From Rickettsia conorii (GTDB taxonomy: Bacteria; Pseudomonadota; Alphaproteobacteria; Rickettsiales; Rickettsiaceae): 64,000 bases of DNA. Under the pieces are notes generated by a model. The model searched no databases. It saw only the letters and a program-made list of their open reading frames with translations, and was not told the DNA's origin. A program made the translations under genes and the position numbers. Shown here one piece after another: positions 1-10,258 of this stretch (its first letter is position 1; every line of letters begins with the position of its first letter). The stretch spans positions 5,739 through 69,738 of the forward strand of contig DYTE01000002.1 of NCBI GenBank assembly GCA_020726135.1, written 5' to 3'.

Positions 1-19
1 TTATAAAAGAGTAAGATGA

Positions 20-430
20 ATGTTGGCTCCTAAGAAACAAAAATTTAGAAAGGCTCATAAAGGTAGAGTTGTTTCCAAATCTAAAGCTGGTACAATGCTT
101 GCGTTTGGATCTTTTGGTTTAAAATCTTTGGATGGGCTCCGTGTCACAGCAAGACAAATAGAAGCAGCAAGAAGAGCTGCAACTAGATGCATGAAAAGAC
201 AAGGAAGGCTTTGGTTAAAGATTTTTCCTGATTTGCCTGTTTCTAAAAAACCTGCTGAAGTAAGAATGGGTAAGGGTAAGGGGGCTCCAGAATTTTTTGC
301 TGTTAGAGTTTCTCCTGGAAGGATTATGTTTGAGGTAGAAGGTGTATCGGAAGAAGTTGCATGCCAGGCATTGGAACTTGCTAGTGCAAAACTGCCAGTG
401 AGAACTAAAATAGTGAGACGATATGAATAA
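20..430 (+). CDS. rplP: 50S ribosomal protein L16
   Basis: N-terminus [16 protein letters not shown] matches the L16 consensus. It lies directly upstream of rpmC-rpsQ. Confidence 0.96.
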   Translation: MLAPKKQKFRKAHKGRVVSKSKAGTMLAFGSFGLKSLDGLRVTARQIEAARRAATRCMKRQGRLWLKIFPDLPVSKKPAEVRMGKGKGAPEFFAVRVSPGRIMFEVEGVSEEVACQALELASAKLPVRTKIVRRYE

Positions 431-632
431 AAATATTTTAAATAGTGAAGTAATTCACTCTAGTATAGATCAACTAAAACAAAAATTATTGTTATTGAAA
501 AAAGAATTATTTAATTTAAGATTTCATAAAAAATTAGGTAGTCTTAAAAATACAAGTAGTTTTTCAATTGTTAAAAAATCTATAGCTCGTATTAATACTG
601 AATTAACAAATAGATTAAAATCTAAGGGATAA
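423..632 (+). CDS. rpmC: 50S ribosomal protein L29
   Basis: 69-aa helical protein between L16 and S17, overlapping rplP by 8 nt. The [10 protein letters not shown] motif is typical of L29. Confidence 0.9.
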   Translation: MNKNILNSEVIHSSIDQLKQKLLLLKKELFNLRFHKKLGSLKNTSSFSIVKKSIARINTELTNRLKSKG

Positions 633-635
633 GTT

Positions 636-878
636 ATGCCAAGAAGAGTATTAAAGGGAAAGGTTGTTAGTGCTAAATCACAAAATACGCTAATAGTTAG
701 AGTTGGTAGAATATCTGCTCATCCTAAATTTGGGAAAATTGTAAAAAAAACTAAGAAATATGCAGCTCATTATTCAGAAGGCTTGTATCAGGAAGGTGAT
801 TTGGTCAGCATTATTGAGTGTGCCCCAATATCTAAAACAAAAACCTGGCAAGTTATTGATTTAAATGTTATTGTATAG
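636..878 (+). CDS. rpsQ: 30S ribosomal protein S17
   Basis: The sequence RVLKGKVVS...KTLIVRV...HPKFGK...KKY.AH is S17-like. It is the last gene of the S10 block. Confidence 0.93.
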   Translation: MPRRVLKGKVVSAKSQNTLIVRVGRISAHPKFGKIVKKTKKYAAHYSEGLYQEGDLVSIIECAPISKTKTWQVIDLNVIV

Positions 879-954
879 GTTAGTTTTTGTTTTTTATAAA
901 TAATTTAAATTTTTATTAAATTATTTTGTTTTTAAGTGTTGATTGGAATAATAT

Positions 955-1323
955 ATGATTCAAATGCAGAGTAAATTGGATGTTGCAGACAATTCCGGTG
1001 CTAAAAGCGTTAAATGTATTAAGGTTTTAGGTGGATCACATCGTATGATTGCTTCTCTCGGTGATGTTATAGTGGTTGCTATTCAGCAAGCATTGCCAAA
1101 ATGTAAAGTGAAGAAGGGAGAAGTATATAAAGCTTTGATCGTGCGAACTAAATATGGTGTTAGAAGACAAGATGGTAGTACTATTAAGTTTGATTCTAAT
1201 GCTATAGTGCTTTTAAATAAGCAAGGCGAGCCAATAGGTACAAGAGTTTTTGGTCCTGTAACTAGAGAATTGAGAGCTAAAAAATTTGTAAAAATTATGT
1301 CTCTTGCAGAGGAGGTATTATAA
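955..1323 (+). CDS. rplN: 50S ribosomal protein L14
   Basis: [17 protein letters not shown] is the canonical L14 N-terminus. A 76-nt gap from rpsQ marks the S10/spc boundary. Confidence 0.97.
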   Translation: MIQMQSKLDVADNSGAKSVKCIKVLGGSHRMIASLGDVIVVAIQQALPKCKVKKGEVYKALIVRTKYGVRRQDGSTIKFDSNAIVLLNKQGEPIGTRVFGPVTRELRAKKFVKIMSLAEEVL

Positions 1324-1324
1324 T

Positions 1325-1654
1325 ATGGTAAAATTAAAAATAAAAAAGGGTGATGAAGTTATTGTACTTGTTGGTCGTGATAAGGGCATGAAAGGGAAAG
1401 TATTGAAAGTTTTTCCATTATTAAATAAGATTAAAGTTTCAGGTGTGAATTTAGTAACTAAGCATTTAAAACCAAGTAAGCAGTCTGCCGGTAGAATTGT
1501 TCAGGAAGAAGCTTGTATTAATATTTCCAATGTTGCTTTAGTTGATCCTAAATTTGCTGTTGCAACTAAAGTTGGATTTAAATTTTTGGAAGATGGTTCA
1601 AAAGTAAGGTTTGCTAAAAAATCTGGTGAAATTTTTCAAGGAGATAAAAGATAA
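1325..1654 (+). CDS. rplX: 50S ribosomal protein L24
   Basis: [26 protein letters not shown] is a KOW motif. I moved the start to the ATG at 1325, inside track ORF 1304..1654, so it no longer overlaps rplN. Confidence 0.93.
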   Translation: MVKLKIKKGDEVIVLVGRDKGMKGKVLKVFPLLNKIKVSGVNLVTKHLKPSKQSAGRIVQEEACINISNVALVDPKFAVATKVGFKFLEDGSKVRFAKKSGEIFQGDKR

Positions 1655-2196
1655 TGTCCTTAAGATTTAAAGAATTATATTCTAAAAAAATTATTGAAAA
1701 TTTGCAAAAACAATTTCTATATAAAAATAAACATCAAATTCCTAAAATTGAAAAAATAGTTATAAATATGGGAGTTGGTGAATCAGTATTAAATTCCAAA
1801 ATTATTGGTAATGCTGTAAATGATATGACTCTTATTTCAGGTCAAAAACCAGTTATAATTTCATCTAAAAAATCTATAGCGACTTTTAAACTGCGTGAAG
1901 GTATGCACATAGGTTGTAAGGTTACATTGCGTAAAGATAGAATGTATGATTTTTTAGAAAGACTAGTATTTATGGCTTTGCCTCGTATAAAAGAATTTAG
2001 AGGTTTTTCATTTAATAGTTTTGATGGAAGAGGAAATTTCACTTTCGGTATTAAGGAACAAATAGTATTCCCTGAAATTAACTATGATAAAATAGATGTG
2101 ATTCGTGGTATGGATATAACAATTGTTACTAGTGCACGTACCGATCATGAAGGTAAATTCTTATTATCAGAATTTAATTTACCTTTTTATAATTAA
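1654..2196 (+). CDS. rplE: 50S ribosomal protein L5
   Basis: The sequence [13 protein letters not shown]...FRGF...[18 protein letters not shown] is the L5 consensus. Confidence 0.96.
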   Translation: MSLRFKELYSKKIIENLQKQFLYKNKHQIPKIEKIVINMGVGESVLNSKIIGNAVNDMTLISGQKPVIISSKKSIATFKLREGMHIGCKVTLRKDRMYDFLERLVFMALPRIKEFRGFSFNSFDGRGNFTFGIKEQIVFPEINYDKIDVIRGMDITIVTSARTDHEGKFLLSEFNLPFYN

Positions 2197-2212
2197 TTTG
2201 TTGAGTATGTAA

Positions 2213-2518
2213 ATGGCAAAAATTAGTTCTATACAAAAAAATAAAAGAAGAGAAAAATTTGCTAAGTCTTTGTTGAGTAAACGCAGTGACTTAAAAGCAA
2301 AAATATATGATAAAAATATCTCGTTAGAAGAAAGATTTAATTTTGTAATGAAACTGGCTGAATTACCAAGAAACTCATGTCCTACTCGTATTAGAAATAG
2401 ATGTGAATTGACGGGACGTTCAAGGGGTGTATATAGAAAATTTGGTATTTCTAGACATATGTTAAGGCGTCTAGGAGGTCAAGGTTTGGTCCCGGGTTTA
2501 GTTAAAGCTAGTTGGTAA
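2213..2518 (+). CDS. rpsN: 30S ribosomal protein S14 (long, non-zinc type)
   Basis: The C-terminus [21 protein letters not shown]...[10 protein letters not shown] is the S14 consensus. It is 101 aa long. Confidence 0.95.
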   Translation: MAKISSIQKNKRREKFAKSLLSKRSDLKAKIYDKNISLEERFNFVMKLAELPRNSCPTRIRNRCELTGRSRGVYRKFGISRHMLRRLGGQGLVPGLVKASW

Positions 2519-2542
2519 AAATATGTTGATGGGTTTATAAAT

Positions 2543-2941
2543 ATGTCGATGACAGATAATATAGCAGATATGATTACTAGAATCAGAAATGCGCAAAAAA
2601 GTAAGTTGATGAAGATTATTTTACCTTCTTCAAAAATGAAGATAGCAATATTGGCTGTTTTAAAAGAGGAAGGTTATATAACTTCATATGCTGTTATACC
2701 ACAAAATAATATTAGTTTTTTAGAAGTTTTTTTGAAATACTCACTAGAAGGTGAGCCAGCAATACGAGAAATTTCTAAAGTATCAAAATCAGGAAAAAGA
2801 ATTTATTCTGCTTGTAATAAACTAAAAGGTTATTATAATAATATGGGGATTTATATCTTGTCTACACCTAAAGGTGTAATTTCTGACAGATTAGCTCATT
2901 CATATAATGTCGGCGGCGAAATAGTTTGTAAAGTGTTTTAA
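2543..2941 (+). CDS. rpsH: 30S ribosomal protein S8
   Basis: The N-terminus [15 protein letters not shown] and the C-terminus GGEIVCKVF are S8 hallmarks. Confidence 0.96.
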   Translation: MSMTDNIADMITRIRNAQKSKLMKIILPSSKMKIAILAVLKEEGYITSYAVIPQNNISFLEVFLKYSLEGEPAIREISKVSKSGKRIYSACNKLKGYYNNMGIYILSTPKGVISDRLAHSYNVGGEIVCKVF

Positions 2942-2950
2942 GGAAAGAAA

Positions 2951-3487
2951 ATGTCACGAATTGGAAAGTTACCTATTATAGTTCCTGCGGGAGTACAAGT
3001 GCAATTGGATGGTTTGTTTGTTAGAGTACTAGGACCTAAAGGTGAGTTATCTACAAAATTTCAAGGCGATATATCGATATCTGTTGAAGGTAATAATATT
3101 TTGGTAAAGCCATTGTCTAACGATAGATTTGTTAGAGCTATGTGGGGAACGGCTAGAAGTATTATAAATAATATGGTAAAAGGTGTTACTCAAGGTTTTA
3201 TTCAGGAACTTGATATAAATGGTGTTGGTTATAAGGCAAATATTAAGGATAATTACCTGAATTTGATGTTAGCGAAAAGTCATAATACTAAAATTGAAAT
3301 ACCTTCTATAATAAAAGTGAGTATACCTAAACAGAATATAATAATTTTAGAAAGTATAAATAAGGAAAAGCTAGGTCAGTTTGCTTCTGAGATTATATCT
3401 CAAAGACCTCCAGAACCATATAAAGGAAAAGGTATAAGTAAGAAAGGTGCTTATATTCAAAGAAAAGAAGGTAAGAAGAAAAATTAA
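2951..3487 (+). CDS. rplF: 50S ribosomal protein L6
   Basis: [17 protein letters not shown] is the L6 N-terminus, and the gene sits in the spc operon position. Confidence 0.95.
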   Translation: MSRIGKLPIIVPAGVQVQLDGLFVRVLGPKGELSTKFQGDISISVEGNNILVKPLSNDRFVRAMWGTARSIINNMVKGVTQGFIQELDINGVGYKANIKDNYLNLMLAKSHNTKIEIPSIIKVSIPKQNIIILESINKEKLGQFASEIISQRPPEPYKGKGISKKGAYIQRKEGKKKN

Positions 3488-3508
3488 TACTATTTATAAG
3501 AGTTAGAA

Positions 3509-3865
3509 ATGCGTAATTCAAAACTTAGATTTGATATAAGAAAAAAAAGAGTACGTAGCAAAATTGCTAGAATTACAGATAGACCTAGACTTTCTGTTTT
3601 TAAATCAGGCAGACATGTATATGCACAAATTATAGATGATGTTAATGCTACAACTATCGTTTCTGCTTCGACTTTAGATAAGGAAATTAATATACCAAAA
3701 AAGTCAAATTGTAATGTTGCTGCTGCCATTCAAGTAGGAGAATTAATAGCTAAAAAAGCTATCTTGAAGGGTGTGAATAAAGTTGTTTTTGATAAAGGTG
3801 GTAATAAATATCATGGTGTTATAAAAGCTTTATCTGAAGCGGCTAGAGAAATTTTAGAATTTTAA
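3509..3865 (+). CDS. rplR: 50S ribosomal protein L18
   Basis: The sequence [20 protein letters not shown]...[23 protein letters not shown] is the L18 consensus. Confidence 0.95.
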   Translation: MRNSKLRFDIRKKRVRSKIARITDRPRLSVFKSGRHVYAQIIDDVNATTIVSASTLDKEINIPKKSNCNVAAAIQVGELIAKKAILKGVNKVVFDKGGNKYHGVIKALSEAAREILEF

Positions 3866-3878
3866 CGTGGAATTTCAT

Positions 3879-4424
3879 ATGTCTAAATTAAAAAAAAATG
3901 CTACTGATGCTTTTAGTGAAGTGTTAGTGCATGTTAGTAGAGTAACAAAAGTTATAACTGGTGGTAGAAAGTTCTCGTTTTCAGCATGCGTTGTTGTGGG
4001 TGATAAAACTAATAAAACCGTTGGTTGGGGCCATGGTAAGGCTAGTGAAGTGACCTCTGCTCGTGCTAAAGCTACTGAAAAAGCAAAAAAATCAATAGTG
4101 AGAGTGAATTTATATCAAAATAGAACTATTCATCATGATATAGAAGGTAGAAGTGGTTCTGCTAAAGTTATACTTAGAAGAGCTAAACCAGGTACTGGTA
4201 TTATTGCTGGTGGTCCTATGAGAGCTATTTTTGATTCTTTAGGAGTACATGATATTGTTGCTAAGTCCATAGGATCTAGTAATGTATATTCCATGATAGA
4301 AGCTACATTTGATGCTTTATCGAAATTGTCTACTCCAAGATTAATAGCTCAACGTAGAGGTAAGAGAGTTCCAGAGCTGCTAACAAAAAATACAAAGCTA
4401 ATAATTCCCGAAATAGATGAATAG
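3879..4424 (+). CDS. rpsE: 30S ribosomal protein S5
   Basis: The sequence [24 protein letters not shown]...GWGHGKA is the S5 consensus. I prefer the ATG at 3879 over the GTG at 3867 used by the track. Confidence 0.94.
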   Translation: MSKLKKNATDAFSEVLVHVSRVTKVITGGRKFSFSACVVVGDKTNKTVGWGHGKASEVTSARAKATEKAKKSIVRVNLYQNRTIHHDIEGRSGSAKVILRRAKPGTGIIAGGPMRAIFDSLGVHDIVAKSIGSSNVYSMIEATFDALSKLSTPRLIAQRRGKRVPELLTKNTKLIIPEIDE

Positions 4425-4432
4425 GTGATGTA

Positions 4433-4630
4433 ATGAATAATGTAGATAATCAAAAAATTAATGTTACACAAATTGGTAGTTCTATAGGACGTAAGCCAGC
4501 TCAAAGGGCTACTTTACTTGGTCTTGGATTAAACAAATTACATAAAACAGTATGTTTAGTTGCTACACCTTCTATTATAGGAATGATCAATAAGGTACAA
4601 CATCTTGTAAAAGTTGAGAAAATTAAATAG
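4433..4630 (+). CDS. rpmD: 50S ribosomal protein L30
   Basis: 65 aa, with [27 protein letters not shown] as the L30 consensus. Confidence 0.93.
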   Translation: MNNVDNQKINVTQIGSSIGRKPAQRATLLGLGLNKLHKTVCLVATPSIIGMINKVQHLVKVEKIK

Positions 4631-4640
4631 AGTTTTTTAA

Positions 4641-5093
4641 ATGAATTTAAATGAATTAAGTAATAATTTTGGTGCCAAAAAAACTAGAATTCGTGTAGGT
4701 CGTGGTATTGGTAGCGGCAAAGGAAAAACATGCGGTAGAGGTGTAAAGGGGCAAAAATCTAGATCAGGTGTCGCAATCAAAGGATTTGAGGGTGGACAAA
4801 TGCCACTTATAAAGAGATTGCCAAAGAGGGGATTTAATTGTATTTCAACTAAAAAATATTATGTTATCAATATACATTACTTGGAAAATATGTTGATAAA
4901 ATATAACCATGATTTTAATAATGTGATTGATAAAAATCTTTTAGTTGATTATGGTTTTTTAAAAAATGCAACAAAAAATTTGAAACTTTTATCTAATGGT
5001 TACAAACCAAAATTTTCGTTAATTGTAAAATTTGATGCATATTCTGAAAGCGCTAAAATTTTATTAGAATCTAGCGGTGGTCGTGTAATATAA
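4641..5093 (+). CDS. rplO: 50S ribosomal protein L15
   Basis: The sequence [26 protein letters not shown]...[15 protein letters not shown] is the L15 consensus. Confidence 0.95.
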   Translation: MNLNELSNNFGAKKTRIRVGRGIGSGKGKTCGRGVKGQKSRSGVAIKGFEGGQMPLIKRLPKRGFNCISTKKYYVINIHYLENMLIKYNHDFNNVIDKNLLVDYGFLKNATKNLKLLSNGYKPKFSLIVKFDAYSESAKILLESSGGRVI

Positions 5094-5158
5094 AAGCGTG
5101 TTAAGAATAAGACAGGTATAATTAAGAATAATTTGTAAAATTAATATTATAATATGAT

Positions 5159-6463
5159 ATGAATGTTGTATCAAAACGTACATCTGATGATTTAAGTAAA
5201 AGAGTCATCTTTACAGTTTTTATGTTGTTAATTTGTAGATTTGGTGCTTTTATTCCTGTGCCAGGTATTGATGCTATGGCATTAGCTGATCTTGCTACTC
5301 AGAATCAATCTGGTCTATTGGGCATGTTTAATATGTTGTCAGGCGGATCGTTAGGTAGAATGTCTATATTTGCTCTTGCAATTATGCCATACATTACTGC
5401 TTCAATTATAATGCAATTAATGTCGATGATTTATAAACCATTAGAAAATTTAAAAAAAGATGGTGAATCTGGAAGGAGAAAAATAAACCAATTGTCTAGA
5501 TATTTAACATTATTGCTTGCATCTTTTCAAGCTTATGGTGTTGCTGTAGGTTTAGAAAATATAATTACAGATACAGGACCAGTTGTAGTAATTTCAGGTA
5601 GTTTATTTAAACTTATAACAGTTATAACTCTGGTTGTTGGAACTATTTTTTTAATGTGGTTAGGTGAGCAAATTACAGCTAGAGGTATTGGAAATGGCTC
5701 TTCTTTGATAATTTTTATAGGAATAGTATCTGGCGTTCCTAGTGCCATTATTAATATGTTTGATTTATCGAGAAAGGGGGCAATATCACCTTTCATAGCT
5801 TTAGCAATTTTCTTAGGTGTTATTGCGATAATATTTATTATAATTTTTTTTGAAAAAGCTCAAAGAAAAATTTTAGTTCAATATCCTAAAAGACAAGTTG
5901 GAACCAAGATATATGGTGGGGATGCTACGCATATGCCACTTAAATTGAATACTGCAGGAGTAATTCCTCCAATTTTTGCAAGTTCATTATTATTATTTCC
6001 TGTAACAATAGCGAATTTTTCTTCTACAGTAAGCGATTCAGATATAATGTCTAATGTAGCTTTTTATTTAGGTCATGGAAAAATTTTATATATATTATTT
6101 TATACAGCATTAATAATGTTTTTTAGTTTTTTCTATACTGCTGTTGTATTTAATTCTGAGGATACAGCCAATAATTTGAGAAAATATGGTGCATATATAC
6201 CTGGTAGAAGACCTGGAAAAAATACAGCGGAATATTTTGATTATTTGTTGACTAGACTTACAGTTATAGGTGGTATATATTTAAGTTTTATTTGTGTCGT
6301 TCCAGAAATATTTATGAATAAATATTCTATATCATTTGCTTTAGGAGGAACAAGTTTTTTAATAGTAGTCAATGTTGTTCTTGATACTTTTTCACAAATA
6401 CAAACACATTTATTTAGTTCGAAATATGAAGATTTGATGAAGAAAATGAAGTTTAAAAACTAG
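5159..6463 (+). CDS. secY: Preprotein translocase subunit SecY
   Basis: 434-aa polytopic membrane protein. The sequence PGID......[20 protein letters not shown] is SecY-like. It lies after rplO. Confidence 0.96.
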   Translation: MNVVSKRTSDDLSKRVIFTVFMLLICRFGAFIPVPGIDAMALADLATQNQSGLLGMFNMLSGGSLGRMSIFALAIMPYITASIIMQLMSMIYKPLENLKKDGESGRRKINQLSRYLTLLLASFQAYGVAVGLENIITDTGPVVVISGSLFKLITVITLVVGTIFLMWLGEQITARGIGNGSSLIIFIGIVSGVPSAIINMFDLSRKGAISPFIALAIFLGVIAIIFIIIFFEKAQRKILVQYPKRQVGTKIYGGDATHMPLKLNTAGVIPPIFASSLLLFPVTIANFSSTVSDSDIMSNVAFYLGHGKILYILFYTALIMFFSFFYTAVVFNSEDTANNLRKYGAYIPGRRPGKNTAEYFDYLLTRLTVIGGIYLSFICVVPEIFMNKYSISFALGGTSFLIVVNVVLDTFSQIQTHLFSSKYEDLMKKMKFKN

Positions 6464-6478
6464 ATAGATTGAAAAATT

Positions 6479-7117
6479 ATGAATATAATATTGATGGGGC
6501 CACCTGGTTCAGGTAAAGGAACTCAAGTAAAATTTTTATCTCAAAAGACAGGATTGCCATATATTTGTCTTGGCGATTTACTTAGAGAGATGATTCATAA
6601 TAATGATGAAGAAGGAGCTTTGATAGAATCTCATATGCTTAATGGTGGACTCGTTCCTCCTGAGGTTGTGAATAAAATTATTCATAAATATTTATCTATA
6701 GATAAATATAATAATGGTTGTATATTTGATGGTTACCCACGTAGTGTTGAGCAGGCAAATTTTTTAAAACAAATTAGTCCTCATAAGATTCGAGTGATTT
6801 ATTTTGAAATTCCTGATGATTTAGTAATTAGCAGAATTTTAGCACGATTTAGTTGTAATGATTGTGGAAAAATATACAATAGTTTATTTGTGAATACTAA
6901 AGTTGATGGAGTTTGTGATATATGCGGAAGCCATGATTTTACAAAACGTAAGGATGATAATATTGATATTATTGTTTCCAGACTTCAAACATATAAGATA
7001 GAAACAAAACAATTATTAGATTTTTATTTAAAAACTGGTGATGTTAATATGATAGATGCTTCTATGACACCAAGTAAAATAGAAATAGAAATTTTATCTA
7101 TGTTAAAAATGATTTGA
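6479..7117 (+). CDS. adk: Adenylate kinase
   Basis: It has the P-loop GPPGSGKGTQ. The LID carries four Cys (CNDC...CDIC), which suggests a zinc-binding type. It follows secY as in other spc clusters. Confidence 0.95.
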   Translation: MNIILMGPPGSGKGTQVKFLSQKTGLPYICLGDLLREMIHNNDEEGALIESHMLNGGLVPPEVVNKIIHKYLSIDKYNNGCIFDGYPRSVEQANFLKQISPHKIRVIYFEIPDDLVISRILARFSCNDCGKIYNSLFVNTKVDGVCDICGSHDFTKRKDDNIDIIVSRLQTYKIETKQLLDFYLKTGDVNMIDASMTPSKIEIEILSMLKMI

Positions 7118-7187
7118 CTTTATGAGTATGTCTTATATTATTTGTTTTTGATAAGTAGTTATTTATTTAGTTTTCGGAGATTGATTT

Positions 7188-7565
7188 GTGGCAAGGATTG
7201 CTGGTGTAAATATTCCTTCAAATAAGAAGGTGTTAATAAGTTTGACTTACATTTATGGTATTGGTTTAACTAAAGCTGATGAAATATGTAAAAAAACTTT
7301 AATTTCTACAGATAAAAAAGTGAAAGATTTAACTGATCAAGAGCTTATAAGCTTACGTAATCTCATTGAAAAAGAATATGATGTTGAAGGGGTTTTAAGA
7401 AGTAAAGTTAATTTAAATATTAAGAATAAAATGAATATTAAAAGCTACCAGGGCATAAGGCATATAAGAAAATTGCCTGTTCGTGGCCAAAATACTCATT
7501 CTAATGCAAGAACACGAAAAGGTAAAGCAGTTGCGATTGCTGGTAAGAAGAAAGTCACTAAATAA
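7188..7565 (+). CDS. rpsM: 30S ribosomal protein S13
   Basis: [21 protein letters not shown] is the S13 N-terminus. It uses a GTG start. Confidence 0.95.
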   Translation: MARIAGVNIPSNKKVLISLTYIYGIGLTKADEICKKTLISTDKKVKDLTDQELISLRNLIEKEYDVEGVLRSKVNLNIKNKMNIKSYQGIRHIRKLPVRGQNTHSNARTRKGKAVAIAGKKKVTK

Positions 7566-7579
7566 GTAGGACAAAGATA

Positions 7580-7966
7580 ATGGGTCAAATACATACTAAG
7601 ATTAAGAAAAAAAAGAAAAATATTACTTTAGGAGTGGTTTATATTCAAGCCACATTTAATAACACTATAGTCACATTTACTGATAGTCAGGGAAATGCTA
7701 TTGCTTCATCTAGTGCAGGGGCACAGGGTTTTTCAGGGGCAAGAAAGGCAACACCTTTTGCAGCTCAAATTACTGTTGATAGAGTATCGGAGGTAGCACG
7801 CGATCATGGATTAAAAACTCTCTCAATAAGAATTAAAGGAGCAGGAGTACAGCGTGAATCAGCTATGAGAGCTATATTTAATCAGCAATTTGTTGTTACA
7901 TCTATTACTGATGTATCAGGTGTGCCTCATAATGGTACTAGACCTCCAAAACGTAGAAGAATGTAA
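7580..7966 (+). CDS. rpsK: 30S ribosomal protein S11
   Basis: [20 protein letters not shown] and the C-terminus [18 protein letters not shown] are the S11 consensus. Confidence 0.96.
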   Translation: MGQIHTKIKKKKKNITLGVVYIQATFNNTIVTFTDSQGNAIASSSAGAQGFSGARKATPFAAQITVDRVSEVARDHGLKTLSIRIKGAGVQRESAMRAIFNQQFVVTSITDVSGVPHNGTRPPKRRRM

Positions 7967-7985
7967 TATTGATGGTACTAAAATT

Positions 7986-9005
7986 ATGTTATCGCTAAAT
8001 AAAAATTGGAATTCTTTGATTAAACCATCTAAAGTGGTATCAAATGCTTCTAAACAAAATCCTAATATTGTAGATTTTATTATAGAGCCACTAGAAAGGG
8101 GCTATGCTTTGACTTTAGGAAATGCGCTAAGAAGAGTGTTGCTTTCATCTTTACAAGGTTCAGCAATTACAGCTATAAAAGTTCACGGTGTTATGCATGA
8201 ATTTTCATCAATTCCTGGTGTAAAAGAGGATATGATTGAAATAGTGTTAAATCTTAAATCTGTTGCAGTAAAATCTTCTAATATTGAAAAGAAAACTGTA
8301 AGATTAAATGTAGTTGGTCCTGCTGTTGTAACAGCTGGCATGATTGAATGTGGACATGATATTGAAATATTAAATCCAGATCAAATTATTTGTCATCTTT
8401 CAAAAGATTCTAATTTGGAAATGGAGTTGATTATTCAAACAGGTAAGGGCTATGTTCCTGCTGTTAGTAGAATAGATAGTGATTTACCAATAGGTGTAAT
8501 TCCAATGGATGCGTTATTTAGTCCTATAAGAAAAGTATCATATAAAATAGCCAATAGTAGAGTAGGTCAAGTTACAGATTATGACAAGTTAGTGCTTACT
8601 ATTGAGACTAATGGTAGTATATTACCTGATATGGCACTTGCTTTTGCAGCAAGAATTTTACAGGATCAATTGCAATTATTTATTATTTTTGATGAACAAG
8701 TTGAAGATAAGCAAGAAAAAAGAGAAGAATTAACATTCAATCCTATCTTATTGAAAAAAATTGCAGATCTTGAACTTACTGTACGTTCTCAAAATTGTTT
8801 AAAAAGTGCAAATATAATATATATTGGTGATTTGGTAATTAGAGCAGAGACCGCAATGTTACAGACTCCTAATTTTGGTAGAAAATCATTATCTGAGATT
8901 AAACAAATATTAGAGCCATATTCGTTAAGGTTTGGTATGGAAATTCCAGGTTGGCCACCAGAAAATATTGAGCAGTTGTCCAAGTATTATGAAGATCAAT
9001 ATTAG
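7986..9005 (+). CDS. rpoA: DNA-directed RNA polymerase subunit alpha
   Basis: The sequence [23 protein letters not shown] is in the alpha N-terminal domain, and the C-terminal domain has [13 protein letters not shown] set the start to the ATG at 7986. The track ORF start at 7890 overlaps rpsK. Confidence 0.95.
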   Translation: MLSLNKNWNSLIKPSKVVSNASKQNPNIVDFIIEPLERGYALTLGNALRRVLLSSLQGSAITAIKVHGVMHEFSSIPGVKEDMIEIVLNLKSVAVKSSNIEKKTVRLNVVGPAVVTAGMIECGHDIEILNPDQIICHLSKDSNLEMELIIQTGKGYVPAVSRIDSDLPIGVIPMDALFSPIRKVSYKIANSRVGQVTDYDKLVLTIETNGSILPDMALAFAARILQDQLQLFIIFDEQVEDKQEKREELTFNPILLKKIADLELTVRSQNCLKSANIIYIGDLVIRAETAMLQTPNFGRKSLSEIKQILEPYSLRFGMEIPGWPPENIEQLSKYYEDQY

Positions 9006-9022
9006 TATTTAAGGTATATAAA

Positions 9023-9451
9023 ATGAGACATAAAAAATTTGGTAGAAAACTAAATAGAACAAGTAGTCATAGAAAATCTATGCTAGCAAATATGGCTGTA
9101 TCTTTGATTATGCATGAACAAATTAATACAACTTTACCTAAGGCTAAGGAATTAAGACCTTATGTTGAAAAACTTGTTACAAAAGCAAGAGGGAAAACAT
9201 TGTCTGATATTAAAGCTATAGTTTCTTGTATTAAAGATAAAGATGCTACAAAAAAATTGGTGAATATTTTAGCTGATAGATATAGTAAAAGACCAGGTGG
9301 ATATACTAGAATAATTAAATCTGGTTTTAGACATGGTGATGTAGCTCCGATGGCGTATATAGAATTTGTTGATAGAGATATTAATGCTAAGGGTTCTATA
9401 ACTCCAAAACTAGATGTAAATGCGAATATAGAAATGCAAGAGAATAATTAG
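9023..9451 (+). CDS. rplQ: 50S ribosomal protein L17
   Basis: [24 protein letters not shown] is the L17 N-terminus. Confidence 0.95.
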   Translation: MRHKKFGRKLNRTSSHRKSMLANMAVSLIMHEQINTTLPKAKELRPYVEKLVTKARGKTLSDIKAIVSCIKDKDATKKLVNILADRYSKRPGGYTRIIKSGFRHGDVAPMAYIEFVDRDINAKGSITPKLDVNANIEMQENN

Positions 9452-9458
9452 GTAATAT

Positions 9459-9725
9459 ATGGCGAATCATTCATCAGCAAAGAAAGCTGCTAGACAAACA
9501 GAAAAAAAAACAGCTAGAAATAAAGATAGACTTAGCGAAATTAAAACTTTTATAAAAAGAGTGAAAGCTGCTATTATAGGTAACGATAAGCAAGCTGCTG
9601 TTGTAGCATTATCAGATGCCCATTCTAAAATAATGAAAGGTGTAAATAAAAATATACTCAAGCTTAATAAAGCTTCACGCACAATTAGTAGATTGTCAAA
9701 AAAAATAAAATCTATCCAAAATTAG
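9459..9725 (+). CDS. rpsT: 30S ribosomal protein S20
   Basis: [22 protein letters not shown] is the S20 N-terminus. The protein is 88 aa and basic. Confidence 0.92.
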   Translation: MANHSSAKKAARQTEKKTARNKDRLSEIKTFIKRVKAAIIGNDKQAAVVALSDAHSKIMKGVNKNILKLNKASRTISRLSKKIKSIQN

Positions 9726-10003
9726 TTTTTTCTGTCATTTAAATTCTTTTTATTAAAAATAACACAGAGTCTGTAGTTTAATTGTAATTAAGATTTTATT
9801 TTAATGGAAAGAGTTTAAGCTCAATGTTTTATAGTTTTATATAATAAAATATCTATGAGACTTAATCCTTAAAAAAAAGCAAATTTTTATATTATTGATA
9901 ATATCACTTATCAATAATATTATGGATAAAATTCATTGGTGAATATAATAGCGTGATTTTTTCATTATTTCTTACTAACTTATTTAGATTGTTATATTTT
10001 TAA

Positions 10004-10091
10004 GGAGAGATGGCCGAGCGGTTTAAGGCGCACGCCTGGAAAGCGTGTTCACGGAAACGTGTCAGGGGTTCGAATCCCCTTTTCTCCGCCA
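10004..10091 (+). tRNA. tRNA-Ser (anticodon GGA), class II with long variable arm, CCA encoded
   Basis: I hand-folded it. The acceptor pairs GGAGAGA with TTTCTCC (one G-T pair). The anticodon stem is CACGC/GCGTG with loop CTGGAAA. The long variable arm is TTCACGGAAACGTGTC. The T-arm is AGGGGTTCGAATCCCCT. Confidence 0.9.
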
Positions 10092-10258
10092 TACTGCAGA
10101 TTGCATAATATATTTCCTTTTTATACTGATTAGTATATATTTAAAAATAGTTTTATTAAGCCATATGTATATTCATATGTATCTGTTCATAATGGCCATT
10201 CACTAAGAAAATAAAATACTGAAATTGATGAGGTTTAATTAAATTAATTTGGAATAAT

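Noticed and set aside
1-19. Possible 3' end of rpsC (S3) upstream of rplP
   Set aside because: Only 19 nt are present and two frames end in stop codons (TAA at 12-14, TGA at 17-19). This is too short to support a call.
1842-2042. Short antisense or overlapping ORFs inside well-supported genes: 1842..2042, 3490..3729, 5533..5796, 8789..8983, 9467..9682, 11517..11768, 15282..15488, 31564..31785, 34596..34790, 39547..39750, 40990..41205, 43435..43623, 50291..50488, 51054..51386, 53350..53565, 53666..53869, 57829..58068, 60977..61174, 61240..61482, 61687..61899, 62249..62473
   Set aside because: Each is embedded in a longer CDS on the opposite strand or in another frame, and that CDS has clear family motifs. 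None has an RBS or a recognisable motif. Such ORFs are expected by chance.
7890-7985. N-terminal extension of the rpoA ORF overlapping rpsK
   Set aside because: The alpha subunit consensus begins at [14 protein letters not shown] (ATG at 7986). The extension is the rpsK 3' end read in another frame.
10092-10258. Integration scar or mobile element next to tRNA-Ser, and similarly next to tRNA-Thr and tRNA-Val
   Set aside because: I found no integrase or transposase ORF, no duplicated tRNA 3' segment (att-like direct repeat) and no composition break around any of the three tRNAs.
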